Source: Octopus sinensis (lineage: Eukaryota). From it: a stretch of 64,000 nt of DNA. The stretch spans positions 152,644,001 to 152,708,000 of the forward strand of contig NC_042999.1 in assembly GCF_006345805.1 (NCBI RefSeq), written 5' to 3'. Shown piece after piece: positions 1-12,949 of the stretch; the first letter of the stretch is position 1; each line of letters opens with the position of its first letter. The notes under the pieces are model-generated. The model saw only the letters and a list, made by a program, of their open reading frames with translations. It ran no database searches and was not told the DNA's origin. The position numbers and the translations under genes were made by a program.

Positions 1-594
1 TGCACAGCCGTAAGATGCATTACGAGTCTATAGCAATTGGAAGGGCGTGACCCAACTGAAATAAACAATAACAACAGTGTGACGTGAGGGCTAAGGAGAA
101 ATGAAAGTTGGAGTGGGGGGAAACATTAATTGCTGGCAAGATGCCGAAAAGTGTAACTTCGTTTGGCGAAGAATCGTCAACCAACAGGGAGGCAAAAAAA
201 GATCGGAGGTTTAATATTTAGCGATATTTCGGATTCTTCTGAAAATGAATTTCCCCAATATGTACTTCTGAAAAGAGGAACATTGACGTGAAAAGCCTTC
301 AAACAGAAGAAATTAAACAAAAAATAATTTTTGCGTCAGCGGCTGGAGGTGGAACCCGCCAGCTGTCGACAAACAAAAATGACCTGATAAAGTACAAAGA
401 TATGATAATTGAAGATATAATTGCACGGGCGCGAAAGCTACGTTGTTATGCTCATTCCGTAAACGGTGGCTTTTTAACGGGTGGAGAGCTGAACCATCCT
501 GAAGTACAGAGGATTCGCAATCTAGACTAGGGTCTGAAAGTTTACCACATCATAGTGAGTTACACCATGGTTCCTCTGCTTTATGGCAGAAATA

Positions 595-783
595 GGAAAA
601 AAGAGTGAGAGAAAGTTGTGGTGAAAGAGTACAGCGGGGTTCACCCCCACCATCCGCCAGAGCCTCGTGGAGCTTAGGTGTTTTTGCTCAATAAACACTT
701 ACAATGCCCGGTCTGGGAATCGAAACCGCGTTCTTACGACAGCAAGTCCGCTGCCCTAACCACTAGACCATTGCACCTCCACT
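595..783 (-). mobile_element. tRNA-derived SINE (family D), 3'-truncated
   Basis: The minus strand reads GTGGAGGTGCAATGGTCTAGTGGTTAG (A box) ... GGTTTCGATTCC (B box). The body is homologous to the copy at 46103-46413. Confidence 0.8.
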
Positions 784-2304
784 CTGTTCAAATGTTTGCT
801 TGTTGCAAATACAATATTCCCATGAAAATCACTGCAGTGATCACCAACCGTTACCGTGTAGTATATAAAATCTTAAAAGTTAATGACCGATGTATAAAGC
901 GCAAAGGAATCATACGCAAGCACACACATACGCCCACTCACACATACATACACAGACACACACATACAAATACATACACGCACACACTTCATTAAGACGT
1001 TGACATCGCAGATAAGTATACATAATTTCCAATTCCCTCAAGTATAGGGGGAGAAAAACTTAGGAAAGCGATGAAACTAAGAGCAAAAATAAAATTTTGA
1101 AAACATCCCTGCCATCGAAATAAAAAAAAATAAGGAAAGAATAAAATAAAATTAAGAAAAACGAGTGAAAAGAATATTTATTATTATTTTTATTTCTATT
1201 TATTTGTTTTTTAAAAAATAGTATCATTTTCAGTTTAGAAAGAGAAAAAATTGTAAATGGCGTAAAAAAATGGAATTTAAGAAAATCAGAAAAAAATTTA
1301 ACTGAAAAAAAAATATCAAATTAAAACAAAAGTGCAGATCTTGAAAAGAATAGGTTAGCAGAAAGAAAACTTATGTTGTAGAATTCCAAAATAAGGAATA
1401 TATTTAATAAAGACAGAGTGAAAGCGAAGATGGTATTGAGAGTTTTAAAAGTAAAGAACTACAAATATTCATGAGGTGAATTAAAAAGGAAAAAAAAAAG
1501 AGAGAAAAAAAATATCATAAAAATTCACGGAAACATTGCAGGGTTGACGAATACGTAAATACGAATTTCGGCGCCATTTTCTTCCCTGATGTATAAATGA
1601 GTTTGTATGTATTGAGAATATGTTCTTGTGTACGAGCATGCATGCATACGTAATGTGCAAGTGTATATATTTAAATAATAAATAAAATATAAATCAGGAA
1701 AAGCACAATAAGATATAGCCTGTAATCTTTCAAATGAATTGGTGAAAATGCAGGAAAAAAAATTGGTTTTTTAAAAAGGGGGGAATTAAAGAATTGAAAT
1801 GGGAATAAAATTTTGAATACGAAATATGAACCAGAATTTCAATTCTAACCAATATCTTTATTACCTTTCAATTCGACATCTTTATCAAGGAACCAAGTTC
1901 TTATACGCACGCATATATATATATATATATAATATATACCTTTATTTTAAAGGCTTGTATTGCAAATTTCTCTTGCGTTTCTCCTTCGGGTAATATATAA
2001 TAATAACCTAAAGCTATTTTACTACTCTTGTAAGAAGCTATATATCCACAACTTCTGTTGCTCTCTGTCTTTGCGCTCTTAACTCATTATACATCGTCCT
2101 GCCTTCCTCTTTTTTCTCTCCCTCTTTCTTCCTTTCTCCCGCGCTCGTCTAGAATAATACATACTGTATATCTCATTCTTATTAGACAGTTGGACTAGGA
2201 TGTTGTATCACCTAGCGACTACAGACTTCTCTGTATCCTATTAATTATAAAAACGTACACTTATATGGAAACCAGGAAAAGGAATGCGTGCGACTGTGTA
2301 TAAT

Positions 2305-2555
2305 AACCTAGCGGTTATGGTGTTGCACTCACGATCACAAGGTTGTAGTTTCGATTCCTAGATCGAGCGGTTCGTTATGTTCTTGAGCAAGACACTTTCT
2401 TTCACGTTTTTCCAATTCCTTAACCTATAAATAGGGGCAAGTGATGTAGTCCAAGCCTAATATTCTAAGTTCGATCTGCGACTACTTCGACATCTGACGT
2501 GGGGTTCATCGTGCTCCTCTACAAGCAAGGTCGATTTGAGGGAGGGAGTGAGCTA
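2305..2555 (+). mobile_element. tRNA-derived SINE (family C), degenerate
   Basis: CCTAGCGGTTATGG (A-box-like), GTTTCGATTCC (B box), then CTTGAGCAAGACACTTT, shared with the heads at 27495-27818 and 57590-57763. Confidence 0.65.
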
Positions 2556-2698
2556 ATACAAAGCGCGTGCACAGACAGACTGACTGACTGACTGACACAC
2601 GCACACGCACTGTTGACAACTAAAGACATCGCTTGTGCAAGCTGATCACCAATAAGTTGCAGAACCCTCATCTATCGTTTACGACAGGAGACGCCAAG

Positions 2699-2757
<59 letters not shown>

Positions 2758-3037
2758 CAAACAAACAAAAATACCCTGTTGTTGATGATGAAGGATCCTT
2801 GAATCTTGGTTAGAATCCGGGTCTTTATTGGCAAGAAATCTTGAAATTAAACTGAACAATGACACACATACATATTTATGTGTGCGCACGTATATATGTA
2901 TATGCATGCACTCGCTCTAACATTTTTTCTGAGAATTTTTTCAAGAGAATAAATAACAAGATGTCCCGGGTAGCAAGCCCACAACTCATGTGAGTTCCAA
3001 CAAAACCTAAGTTAAGAAAAAAATGATAACAATAATT

Positions 3038-3564
3038 TCGTTTATTACCCACAGAGGCTTTGATGAGGGGTACATCGCAAGGACAACAAGGCTACAACGA
3101 TTTGTGAGGGGAGTACATAGAAGATGGGGAGAAGGAAATGGAAAAGATAGTTAAATGCGATAAAAGTATACAAAGTGTACAAACTAGGGTTAATCAAGAA
3201 ACCCCACAGATCCAGGATTACCCTGACCAGTAAAGGCATGAACCTTCGCTCAACTGTTGTTATCCAGTCTACAGGTGCATGGTTAGAGTAGTCATTCAAC
3301 CCGGCCCTTTTTTGTCCTAGGAACCCATTTTTTACAGATTCACTGGGATGTAGCGCTTTCCTCCCCACCGTTAATTATCATTCCATTTATTTTATTATCT
3401 TTTACCTGTTTCAGTCATTAGACTGAGGCCATACTGGGGCATCGCCTTGAAGAATTTTTTGTCGGATGTCTTTTCAGCCAGGACTTATTCTATCGGTGTC
3501 TTTTACTGGACAGTAGGTTACGGGGACGTAAACACACCAACACTGGTTGTCAAGCGGTGGTGAG

Positions 3565-3597
<33 letters not shown>

Positions 3598-3682
3598 GTT
3601 GATGAGAGGTTGACCGAAGAGCAAAATGCCTTACTTTATTCCTTTCAGCCCCGTCCATCACGCAGCCCCTTTTACTACAGAC

Positions 3683-3727
<45 letters not shown>

Positions 3728-4085
3728 ACTGCTTGCCCTGCCTTGTTGAAGTAGAAGGGGGATCGATCCTCACAATGGATTCGGCCGATAATTAGATTCG
3801 TCCTACACGCATTAACTGTTGGTCGACATAACTTCACAAGATAGCCATAATCAGACACTGCACCTATGCGTGCAGAACGGCTTCATCGTTCTGTACATCG
3901 CGGGCAGTCCCGCTTAACAACGCTTTCCGTGCCTGATGAGTTTATCGCGAACCGGCAGTGCTCCTCGGTAACAGTGCCAGGCCAGGCCAGGAATTTCTGT
4001 ATGTTATCCATGGTAGTGCTAGGCCCGAATCTCATCCGAAAACACACCAGCTACTTCGTCCCCGTCGACGCCTAGAATTTGTCTG
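3038..4085 (-). mobile_element. L1/Tx1-clade LINE, 3' fragment of ORF2 plus 3'UTR, interrupted
   Basis: The minus strand aligns by eye with the Tx1 copy at 53900-54980. Examples: CCATGGATAAC vs CCATGGACAAC; CTGCCCGCGATG...CCGTTCTGCACGCA (CxxC...H zinc motif); GGTCAACCTCTCATCAACTT; KKWV region; terminal AATAAA at 3041-3046. Confidence 0.8.
3395..3595 (-). mobile_element. SINE family A 3' half nested in the Tx1 fragment
   Basis: TTTCAGTCATT, CTTATTCTATCGG and GGGGACGTAAACACACCA are the reverse complement of the family A tail at 10170-10350. Confidence 0.75.
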
Positions 4086-4810
4086 AAAATGTTATCGATG
4101 ATGATGATGAGGAACATTATGTCAAAGATTACGACGACAAAGAAGAAGAAGAGTGAGAAGGAGAAGTAGAAGATGATGATGATGATGATGATGATGATGA
4201 ATGTGAAGGTGATTATGATCTCACTGATGATATTGATGATGGTTCTTTTTTCTGTTTTTACCTCAGGGACATCAGATGAGGGTGTGACGCCAACATAATA
4301 ATAGCTACAATCAAACAAAAATGAAAATTAGCAAGCTATTTGTTAATTGATTTCTTTTTTTTTTTCGAATAGATTTTGAACGAAATACAGCGAAATAAAA
4401 GAAAATCAAAAGTAATAAAAAATAATAATAACAGGAATTGGTCGCTCTGGGTTAATCTTGGAGTCTTTTGATATGTCCTTCACACAAAGAATAAAACATG
4501 AATTGCGATAGATTTCTACATTTGCTTCTGTGACGTGGTTAGAAAATCATACCAAAAAGGTTTCGCGTCCTAAGGGTAATAATTTTTATATGTGATCTCC
4601 CCACAAGGGAAACGCTGATCAGCATTTACTGAAACTCTTCAAAGCCGCAGATTTCAGATCTGAAGTTCATCTCTTCACTGAAAATATTACAATAAATCGA
4701 AAGTAGGAAATTTTCTGCGCAACCTAAATTTTGGATCAAACGTATCGTATAACAACATGGCGGCTGATGAAACTATTGTGTTAGTAGCAACGGTTGTAAG
4801 AAATAGTTTA

Positions 4811-4813
<3 letters not shown>

Positions 4814-4861
<48 letters not shown>

Positions 4862-5011
4862 TATATATATATATATATAGACACACACATATATATTATA
4901 TATAATATATATATATAGATGTAACAAGTACAGAGTTCCACATAGATACTTGGATACAAATATATATGTATATATTATATATATATATGTGAGTACTTAT
5001 CTCTCTCCTCC

Positions 5012-5076
<65 letters not shown>

Positions 5077-5733
5077 GATGTGTGTGTATGTATGTATATA
5101 TATATATATGTCTCTTTGCGTTTACATTTTTGATCATCCATGAACTAGGAGAGGTTTATCTGATCAAATTTTTTCTTTCATCATCACCAAAGAAGTCGAT
5201 AAGTACAACAGAGATGTATGTATGTACGTATGCTTATATATATAGATATATATATATATATTATATATGTATATATATATATTATATATTATATATATAT
5301 AATATGTATATATATATATGTATATATTATATATGTATATATTATATATATGTATATATATATGTATATATATATAATATATATGTATATATATGTATAT
5401 ATATATATGTATATATGTATATATATACATGTGTATAATATGTATGTATATATATATATATGTGTATATATATGTATGTATATTATATATATATATATGT
5501 ATATTATATATATATATATGTATGTATATATATATAGTATATATATATATATATGTATATATGTATATATATATATATATATATATGCATATATATATAT
5601 ATGTATATATGTATATGTATATGTATGTATGTATATATATATATGTGTATATGTATGTATGTATATATATATATGTATATGTATGTATGTATATATATAT
5701 ATATGTATATGTATGTATGTATATATAAGTATG

Positions 5734-5764
<31 letters not shown>

Positions 5765-5899
5765 GTATATATATGTATGTATATATGCATATGTATATAT
5801 ATTTATGTATCTATATGTGTCTATACATATGTATATATACATACATATACACATATATGTTTGTATAAGTATCACTGTATATATATATATATATATATA
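4814..5899. repeat. (TA)n/(TATG)n compound microsatellite
   Basis: Direct reading. It is the source of the Y/I/M-rich ORFs in all frames. Confidence 0.95.
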
Positions 5900-6055
5900 C
5901 TACAGGTTTCTTTCAGTTTCTCTCTACCAAATCCACTCACAAGGCTTTGGTCATTCCGAGGCTATAGTAGAAGACACTTGCCCAGGGGGCCACGCAGTGG
6001 GAATGGACCGGGAGCCATGTGGTTGGTAAGCAAGCTACTTGCCTCACTCCTGCGA
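5900..6055 (-). mobile_element. SINE family A head
   Basis: Reverse complement of the tRNA-like head plus the CTTGGGCAAGTGTCTT segment. Confidence 0.8.
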
Positions 6056-6267
6056 CTATATATGTATATATATACATACATATGTACATATAACTATATA
6101 TTTGTGTGTATGTATACGTGTATATATATGTGCGTATTGTGAAAAAATTATATAGTTAATGGACAATATGTCCAATTTTTCGGCATATTTGGCATTAGAA
6201 ATTTCTTCCTTTGCCCTCATTTATGAATTATATATATATGTATTATATATATATATATATATATATA

Positions 6268-6315
<48 letters not shown>

Positions 6316-6329
6316 AACACATTTGCATA

Positions 6330-6530
6330 ATTTCAAATTATGGTGCAAAACCAACAATTTTGGGACAGGGTATAAGTCGATTTCACTGACTTCAGTGTTA
6401 AAGTGTTACATATTTTTCTGACCCCTCGAAAGAATGAAATGTGAAGTCGAACCCAGCAGCATTTGAACGTAAATCGGAAGAAATGCCGTCAAGCATTTTT
6501 CCCGGCGCGGTAAAGATTCTGTTGCCTCAT
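6330..6530 (-). mobile_element. SINE family B, degenerate
   Basis: GACCCCTCGAAAGAATGAAATGTGAAGTCGAACCCAGCAGCATTTGAAC is the reverse complement of the family B core. Confidence 0.65.
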
Positions 6531-6557
6531 CACCTCATATATATATTTTTTTATATA

Positions 6558-7522
6558 TAACTAAAAATTAAGCAACAAGAATGGATCGGTAGTTTAGTAC
6601 AATTGTTTCATACTATAACAATTTATTAAAGCTGCAAATATTACAGCAAATATAATGTTAAGTAATCTTCAGCTAATTTCATATAGGTACAGTTCCCCTA
6701 CCATTTGCTATTGATGTTAATTGACCTCTAGATGTTGACCTAAATTCTTTCTTACCATATAAAAATAAAAGTTAAAATATAAACAAAAATAAATAAATAG
6801 CCTTCTATTCTAGTGTTAACCTTAATTTTTTTACTGTATCTTTCTCTACCGATAACCTATGACCCCTTTAGTGTTTTCCTTTGATCTTTCTTTATTTTAA
6901 CAACTACTATTAGTTCTGATGGCTTTCAGTTGAAAAGCTAAGGGTGGTCAACCTTACAGTTCTCTTAAGAATCCAAGATTCCTTCCACACTGACCTAGAT
7001 TTTCTGTCACCACAGAAATAGACTGACCTTTCTTTTTAGTATCTTTGTTTCTTTTACACCCCCATATATATTTTTTGTCCTTCTGTTCTTTTCTCTAGCT
7101 AGTCAGCTTCCTTGACCTACTCTGCTTTCATTCCTACTACTATAGAAATTTGTTTGTAACAGTTAGATGCGAACTTAATCGTGGTCTGACGGGCATCTTT
7201 CTTCATGTTTCCTGAAATTTATATCCTCATCTTTATGAGTATATTTACCTTCTCTGGGATGTCACTAATTAATTTAAGAACTTTGTATTGTTGGAAAGCA
7301 TATATGGTCTGCTTGGAATCTTGCTTCAAGTTCCTGGGGTTCAAATCTATACCTTTATAAGTATATTTACACTCTCTAAGATGTTTGGAAAACCTATATG
7401 AAATTAGCTGAAGATTACTTAACATTATATTTGCCGTAATATTTGCAGCTTTAATAAATTGTTATAGTATGAAACAATTGTACTAAACTACCGATCCATT
7501 CTTGTTGCTTATTTTTTGGTTA
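6558..7522 (-). mobile_element. Penelope-like (GIY-YIG) remnant bounded by about 131-bp inverted repeats
   Basis: 6558-6688 is the near-exact reverse complement of 7392-7522. The minus strand encodes a decayed EWIGS...SKHLRECK, resembling the YIGxT...H part of PLE endonucleases, followed by a decayed hammerhead (AGATGC/GCATCT stem, 7155-7207). Confidence 0.55.
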
Positions 7523-7625
7523 TAATCACCCCACATAATTTTATGGGTAATACCATAAACAAATTCTGGTGCATCTAAGTTAAATACCATATTCATTTGA
7601 ATCTAAATTGTTTTACTGAAATTAT

Positions 7626-7654
7626 TTATATATATATATATATATATACATACA

Positions 7655-7690
<36 letters not shown>

Positions 7691-8125
7691 TATATGGATA
7701 TATATGTATATGTATATATATGTATATGTATATATATATATGTATATATATGTATATATATATAATATGTATGTATATATATGTATATATATATATATAT
7801 ATATTATATAATGTATATATATGTATGTATATATATGTATATCTATATATGTATATATACATATATGTATATATACATATATGTATATATACATATATGT
7901 ATAATACATATATGTATGTATACACCACATATATATATACATATATGTATGTATACACACACATATATATATCATATATGTATGTATACACATCTATATA
8001 TATATATATATATACATATATGTACGTATACACACATATATATATATGTACATATATGTATGTATACTATATATATATACACATATATGTATGTATACAC
8101 ATACATATATATATATACGTATGTT
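7626..8125. repeat. (TA)n/(TACA)n compound microsatellite
   Basis: Direct reading. Confidence 0.95.
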
Positions 8126-8140
8126 TTGTATATGTATATC

Positions 8141-8537
8141 TCTTTCTACTGCAGGTACAGAGTACGAAACATTTGGGGAGGGGGCCGGTCGATTAAATCG
8201 ATCTCAGTAGGCAACTGGTATTAATTTATCGACTTCGAAAAAGTGACAAGCAAAGTCGACCTCAGCAGAATTTGAACTCAGAAGGTAACGACAGATGAAA
8301 TACCTATTTCTTTACTACCCACAAGGGGCTAAACACAGAGTGGACAAACAAGGACAGACAAACGGATTAAGTCGTTTATATCCACCCCAGTGCCTAACTG
8401 GTACTTATTTAATCGACCCCGAAAGGATGAAAAGCAAAGTCGACTTCGGCGGAATTTGAACTCAGAACGTAACGGCAGATGAAATACGGTTACGCATTTC
8501 GCCCGGCGTGCTAACGTTTCTGCCAGCTCGCCGCCTT
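8141..8537 (-). mobile_element. SINE family B multimer (one head, two cores)
   Basis: Two copies of AAAGTCGACCTC...GAATTTGAACTCAGAA, with the head GCCAGCTCGCCGCC at the right end. Confidence 0.85.
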
Positions 8538-8567
8538 TATGTATATGTATGTATATATATGTATATG

Positions 8568-8609
<42 letters not shown>

Positions 8610-9798
8610 TATACTTGTGTGTATATATACATGTGTGTGTATGTGTGTATGCGTGTGTATATAGGGAGAGGGAGGGGAAAAACAGTCGGAGAAAGACGTA
8701 GAGGGATTTGCTCATATGTATATTGTGGTAGAGGGGGAGATGTATCGTTGTCACGCGCGTGTGTGTGTGCGCGTGGCTTGTGTTTCAATGTACTGTGCTC
8801 TCTTCTCTGCGGTTATTGACAAAGTATTCATCAACACTATATTTATTAAACACGTGATTCATTTACTACGATTTATGTGTGGCTTGTGTGTATTTAATAC
8901 GACTAATATCTCATGTACATAGACTGCAACATAAAACAGTATAGACTCACAAAGACAACACAGTAACTACTTCAGACGTTACCCATATATAAATAAATCA
9001 CACAAAGAATTTACATGAAAGAAATGCATACTTAATACACAAGAGTTGAATATATTAGCAAAAGCTCCAAAAAAGACAACGCAATTTGTTTTACATCAAA
9101 CAGTTTACTAACATAAATTCTACATGATACAAAGACCGAATTTTGAAATCATTTCATCTACAAGAAACTGTGTCATGTGTGTGTGTTTGTATACGCTAAA
9201 TACGTATATATGTATATATGACTATCTATCCCACGAACAAGCCATTTGTGACCAGTACGTTTTATGAATACGATGGAAATGTGTAAGTTGTAAAGTTCAC
9301 GACTATAACTATTATAACGGCCTTGAATGTAACACAGCTTCTCGCTAATTCACTCGCCGTGTATTTCCAACAAGGAACAATTGTAAAGCACCACATCACA
9401 TGGCTCACTACTAGATATGCATGTATTTTTTAAACAATGTATCTATTAATATTCTAATTAATAATCTAATTAATATCAGAATAATTGTTTTTCACAAATA
9501 TTGAAGATTAATGGGAAAGAAACACTCATACATTTGCACAATGGTAATTTACAGTTTTATACTCACTGCAGACAAAAGTAAGCATCCTACAGGTAAGTGG
9601 GTGCATGGTTGTATGGTTAAAAATCTAGCCTTACAGTCACTTGGTTTCTGGTTCGGTTCTACTGCGCGGCAAATGTCTTCTACTATAAACCTCGGACCGG
9701 CCAATTCCTTGTAAGGGAATTTTCTCAGCTGAGACTCTGTGGGAGCTCGTCATGTGTGTGTGTTTGTATACGCTAAATACGTATATATGTATATATGA

Positions 9799-9861
<63 letters not shown>

Positions 9862-9877
9862 CCTATCTATCTATCTA

Positions 9878-9945
<68 letters not shown>

Positions 9946-9947
<2 letters not shown>

Positions 9948-10350
9948 CGCAGGAGTGGCTGTGTGGTAAGTAGCTTGCTAACCAACCACATGGTTCTGGG
10001 TTCAATCTCACTGCGTGGCATCTTGGGCAAGTGTCTTCTGCTATAGCCCCGGGCCGACCAATCCCTTGTGAGTGGATTTGGTAGACGGAAACTGGAAGAA
10101 GCCTGTCGTATATATGTATATATATATATGTATGTGTGTGGTTGTGTGTCTGTGTTTGTCCCCCTAGCATTGCTTGACAACCGATGCTGGTGTGTGTTTA
10201 CGTCCCCGTCACTTAGCGGTTCGGCAAAAGAGACCGATAGAATAAGTACTGGGCTTACAAAGAATAAGTCCCGGGGTCGATTTGCTCGACTAAAAGCGGT
10301 GCTCCAGCATGGCCGCAGTCAAATGACTGAAACAAGTAAAAGAGTAAAAG
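9946..10350 (+). mobile_element. Full-length SINE family A (tRNA head, CORE-like segment, internal microsatellite, AAAAGAGT tail)
   Basis: GGCGCAGGAGTGGCTGTGTGGTAAG (A box), GGGTTCAATCTC (B box), TCTTGGGCAAGTGTCTT, central (TA)/(TG)n and the AAGTAAAAGAGTAAAAG end. It may be one of the known Octopus OK/OR1/OR2 SINEs; I cannot assign which. Confidence 0.9.
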
Positions 10351-10635
10351 GGTATATATATATGTGTATGTATGCATGCATGTATGTATGTATGTATGTA
10401 TGTATGTATGTATGTATGTATGTGTATGTGTGTGTGTGTACTTATGTATGCTCGCGAACATTGAAAATGAGTGCTCAACATCCCATTGGTGGGATAAAAA
10501 CTTTTATTTGCAGAGACACTGAAGACGAGTACCAAACTTTCATGTAGCGGGCTTGACAATGATGATGATGATGATGATGATGATCATCATCATCATCATC
10601 ATCATCATCATTATTATTATTATTATTATTATTAT

Positions 10636-10667
<32 letters not shown>

Positions 10668-10692
10668 ATAGTAGTAGTAGTAGTAATAATAA

Positions 10693-10735
<43 letters not shown>

Positions 10736-10748
10736 TGTAGTAGTAGTA

Positions 10749-11200
10749 TTGCCTTTGCAGAGCTTCTAATGCTGGAGATACACCGTAGTGTCAGCTGTTC
10801 ACTACCAGTGAGTAACTTCCAGACTGTTCGAGTGGTTCCAAGCAGTGTTATATTCTGCAAGTGCTCCACCCTTACTGCAGCTCCTATTTGTTCCACACAC
10901 TTCTCGAGATTTTTGCTCACTGTTCCCAGGGCTCCGACAATTATTGGTACTACTGCTACTTTTTTCATCTACCACAACTGTTTAACTTCACAAGCTAACC
11001 TGTCATATCTCTCAACTTTTCTTTCTTCCTTATCGCATACCTTGTTGTCAGCTTGGTATGCTATATCTATGATCCAGCATAGCTTGTTTTCTTTCTCAAT
11101 TGAGACTATGTCCGGCTTCTTGTTCTCTATCTCATGGTCGCACTGAATCATAAAATCCCATAGGATCTTTGCATTTCTATTTTCGATAATTCCTATGCGA
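10749..11200 (-). pseudogene. R4/Dong-clade non-LTR retrotransposon 3' end (restriction-like endonuclease), 5'-truncated, one in-frame stop
   Basis: KILWDFMIQCDHEIENKKPDIV...IIDIA...KEERKVERYDRLACEVKQLW*MKKVAVVPIIVGALG is the PD-(D/E)xK RLE C-terminus typical of R4/Dong. There is a TAG at 10969-10971. Confidence 0.9.
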
Positions 11201-11206
11201 AAATAG

Positions 11207-11303
<97 letters not shown>

Positions 11304-11347
11304 TGTTGTCGTTGTTGTTGTTGTTGTTGTTGTTGTTGTTATGATAT

Positions 11348-11728
11348 GGCGGCAAGCTGACAGAATCGTTAGCACGCTGAAGAAAATGCTTAGCGGTATT
11401 TCGTCTGTCGCTACGCTGTGAGTTCAAATTCCGCCGAGGTCGACTTTGCATTTCATCCTTTCGGGGTCGATTAAATAAGTACCAGTTACACACTGGGGTC
11501 GATATAATCGACTTAATCCATTTGTCTGTCCTTGTTTGTCCTCTCTGTGTTTAGTTCCTTGTGGGTAGTAAAGAAATAGGTATTTTCGTCTGTCGCTACG
11601 TTGTGAGGTCGACTTTGCCTTTCATCCTTTCGGGCCCGAGAAATCAAGTACCAGTTGAGTACTGGGGTCGATGTAATTGACTAGTCCCCTCCCACCACAT
11701 TTCAGGTCTTGTGCCTACAGTAAAAAGA

Positions 11729-11730
<2 letters not shown>
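11348..11730 (+). mobile_element. SINE family B dimer with two different tails
   Basis: Head GGCGGCAAGCTGACAGAATCGTTAGC, with two GAGGTCGACTTTGC...CATCCTTTCGGG cores. Confidence 0.85.
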
Positions 11731-11762
<32 letters not shown>

Positions 11763-12513
11763 TATTATTATTACTATCATAACTATTATCATCATCATCA
11801 TCATCATCAGCATCATCATCACCGTTATTGTTGTTGTCATTGACATCATCTTCATTATCACCCTATCATCACGTTTAATCAATTTTATCATCATCATTAT
11901 CCTCTTCCTGCCCCACCACTCCTCATCACTATTATCCTCAGTAGCAGCAGCAGCGAAGGTAGTAGAAGCAGTATAATTTCCCCCCCTTCTTTTTACATTG
12001 AAAATTCCCCGCTGGGATTGTGAAGAGATGCAAAAAAAAAATTATTTCAACAGAAGTAATGGAGGCTTTCTCACAATTATAGCTGATAATCCGTGACCAA
12101 GCCTACAATAATATTCCAATTAAGCCATGTCAATTTAGATGGGAGATTTTGGGGGCCATGTCGATTGTTTTTTTTACATTTGTTTTTGATGGGGTTTTTT
12201 TTCTGAATCATTATCATTCTAATTGCTGTTGTTACTGCTGCTATTGTTGTTGTTGTTATTGTTGTTGTTGTGGATGCTGCTGTTGTTGTTGTGACTGCAG
12301 CAGTTGTTGTTCTTGCTGTTTTTGCTGTCGTTGTTGTTATTGTTGTTGTTGTTGTTGTTGTGGTGGTTCTTCTTCTTCTTCTTCTTCTTCTTCTTCTTCG
12401 TCTTCTTCTTGTAATGTATTTTATTGCAATCATTACCAGCACCAACTTCATTATATTTAAACATATCGTACCAATGTTATATATATATATACACACACAC
12501 ACTATAATATATA

Positions 12514-12546
<33 letters not shown>

Positions 12547-12555
12547 TATATATAT

Positions 12556-12589
<34 letters not shown>

Positions 12590-12906
12590 CTTAGAAATCT
12601 ATTTATTTAATTATATATTCATTTGCTTGTTTATTTATGTTACCTAAGATTGAATTCAAAATTCATTGTGTCAAGCAAGAAGTAGAAAAAAAATAGGGTG
12701 GGTTGTACCATACAACCAACGGGAGATAAAAAAAGAAACAAAATACTGCACGATACATGGCTAGAGGAAAAATAAAATAATTCGCAAGCAGGTTGGATAG
12801 GATGGGGGAGATGAGACATAAAAAAAAATAAGTAAAATTCAAACAGAAAATAGCAACAATACCAACAACAAAAAAATATATTGTTCAGGGCTTGGTGTTT
12901 CGAGCT

Positions 12907-12949
12907 GTTGCCATGACAACATGCACGCGGTTTCAATTTAATCGCGAGA
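12907..12949. promoter_or_regulatory. Candidate RFX X-box plus TCGCGAGA motif
   Basis: GTTGCCATGACAAC (12907-12920) fits the X-box consensus GTHNYY-AT-RRNAAC. TCGCGAGA lies at 12942-12949 in a small CpG-containing patch. Confidence 0.35.

Noticed and set aside
4625-4830. Hammerhead-like pieces (minus-strand TGAAGA...GCGGCTTTGAA; plus-strand CTGATGA-AACTATT...AATAGTTT)
   Set aside because: The cores are incomplete (no GAAA-stem III-UH), so these are at most decayed copies.
4687-5875. Long Y/I/M/H/T-rich ORFs in many frames (also 7597-8224, 21203-21541, 31823-32412)
   Set aside because: They are translations of (TA)/(TG)/(TACA) microsatellites, which lack stops by composition.
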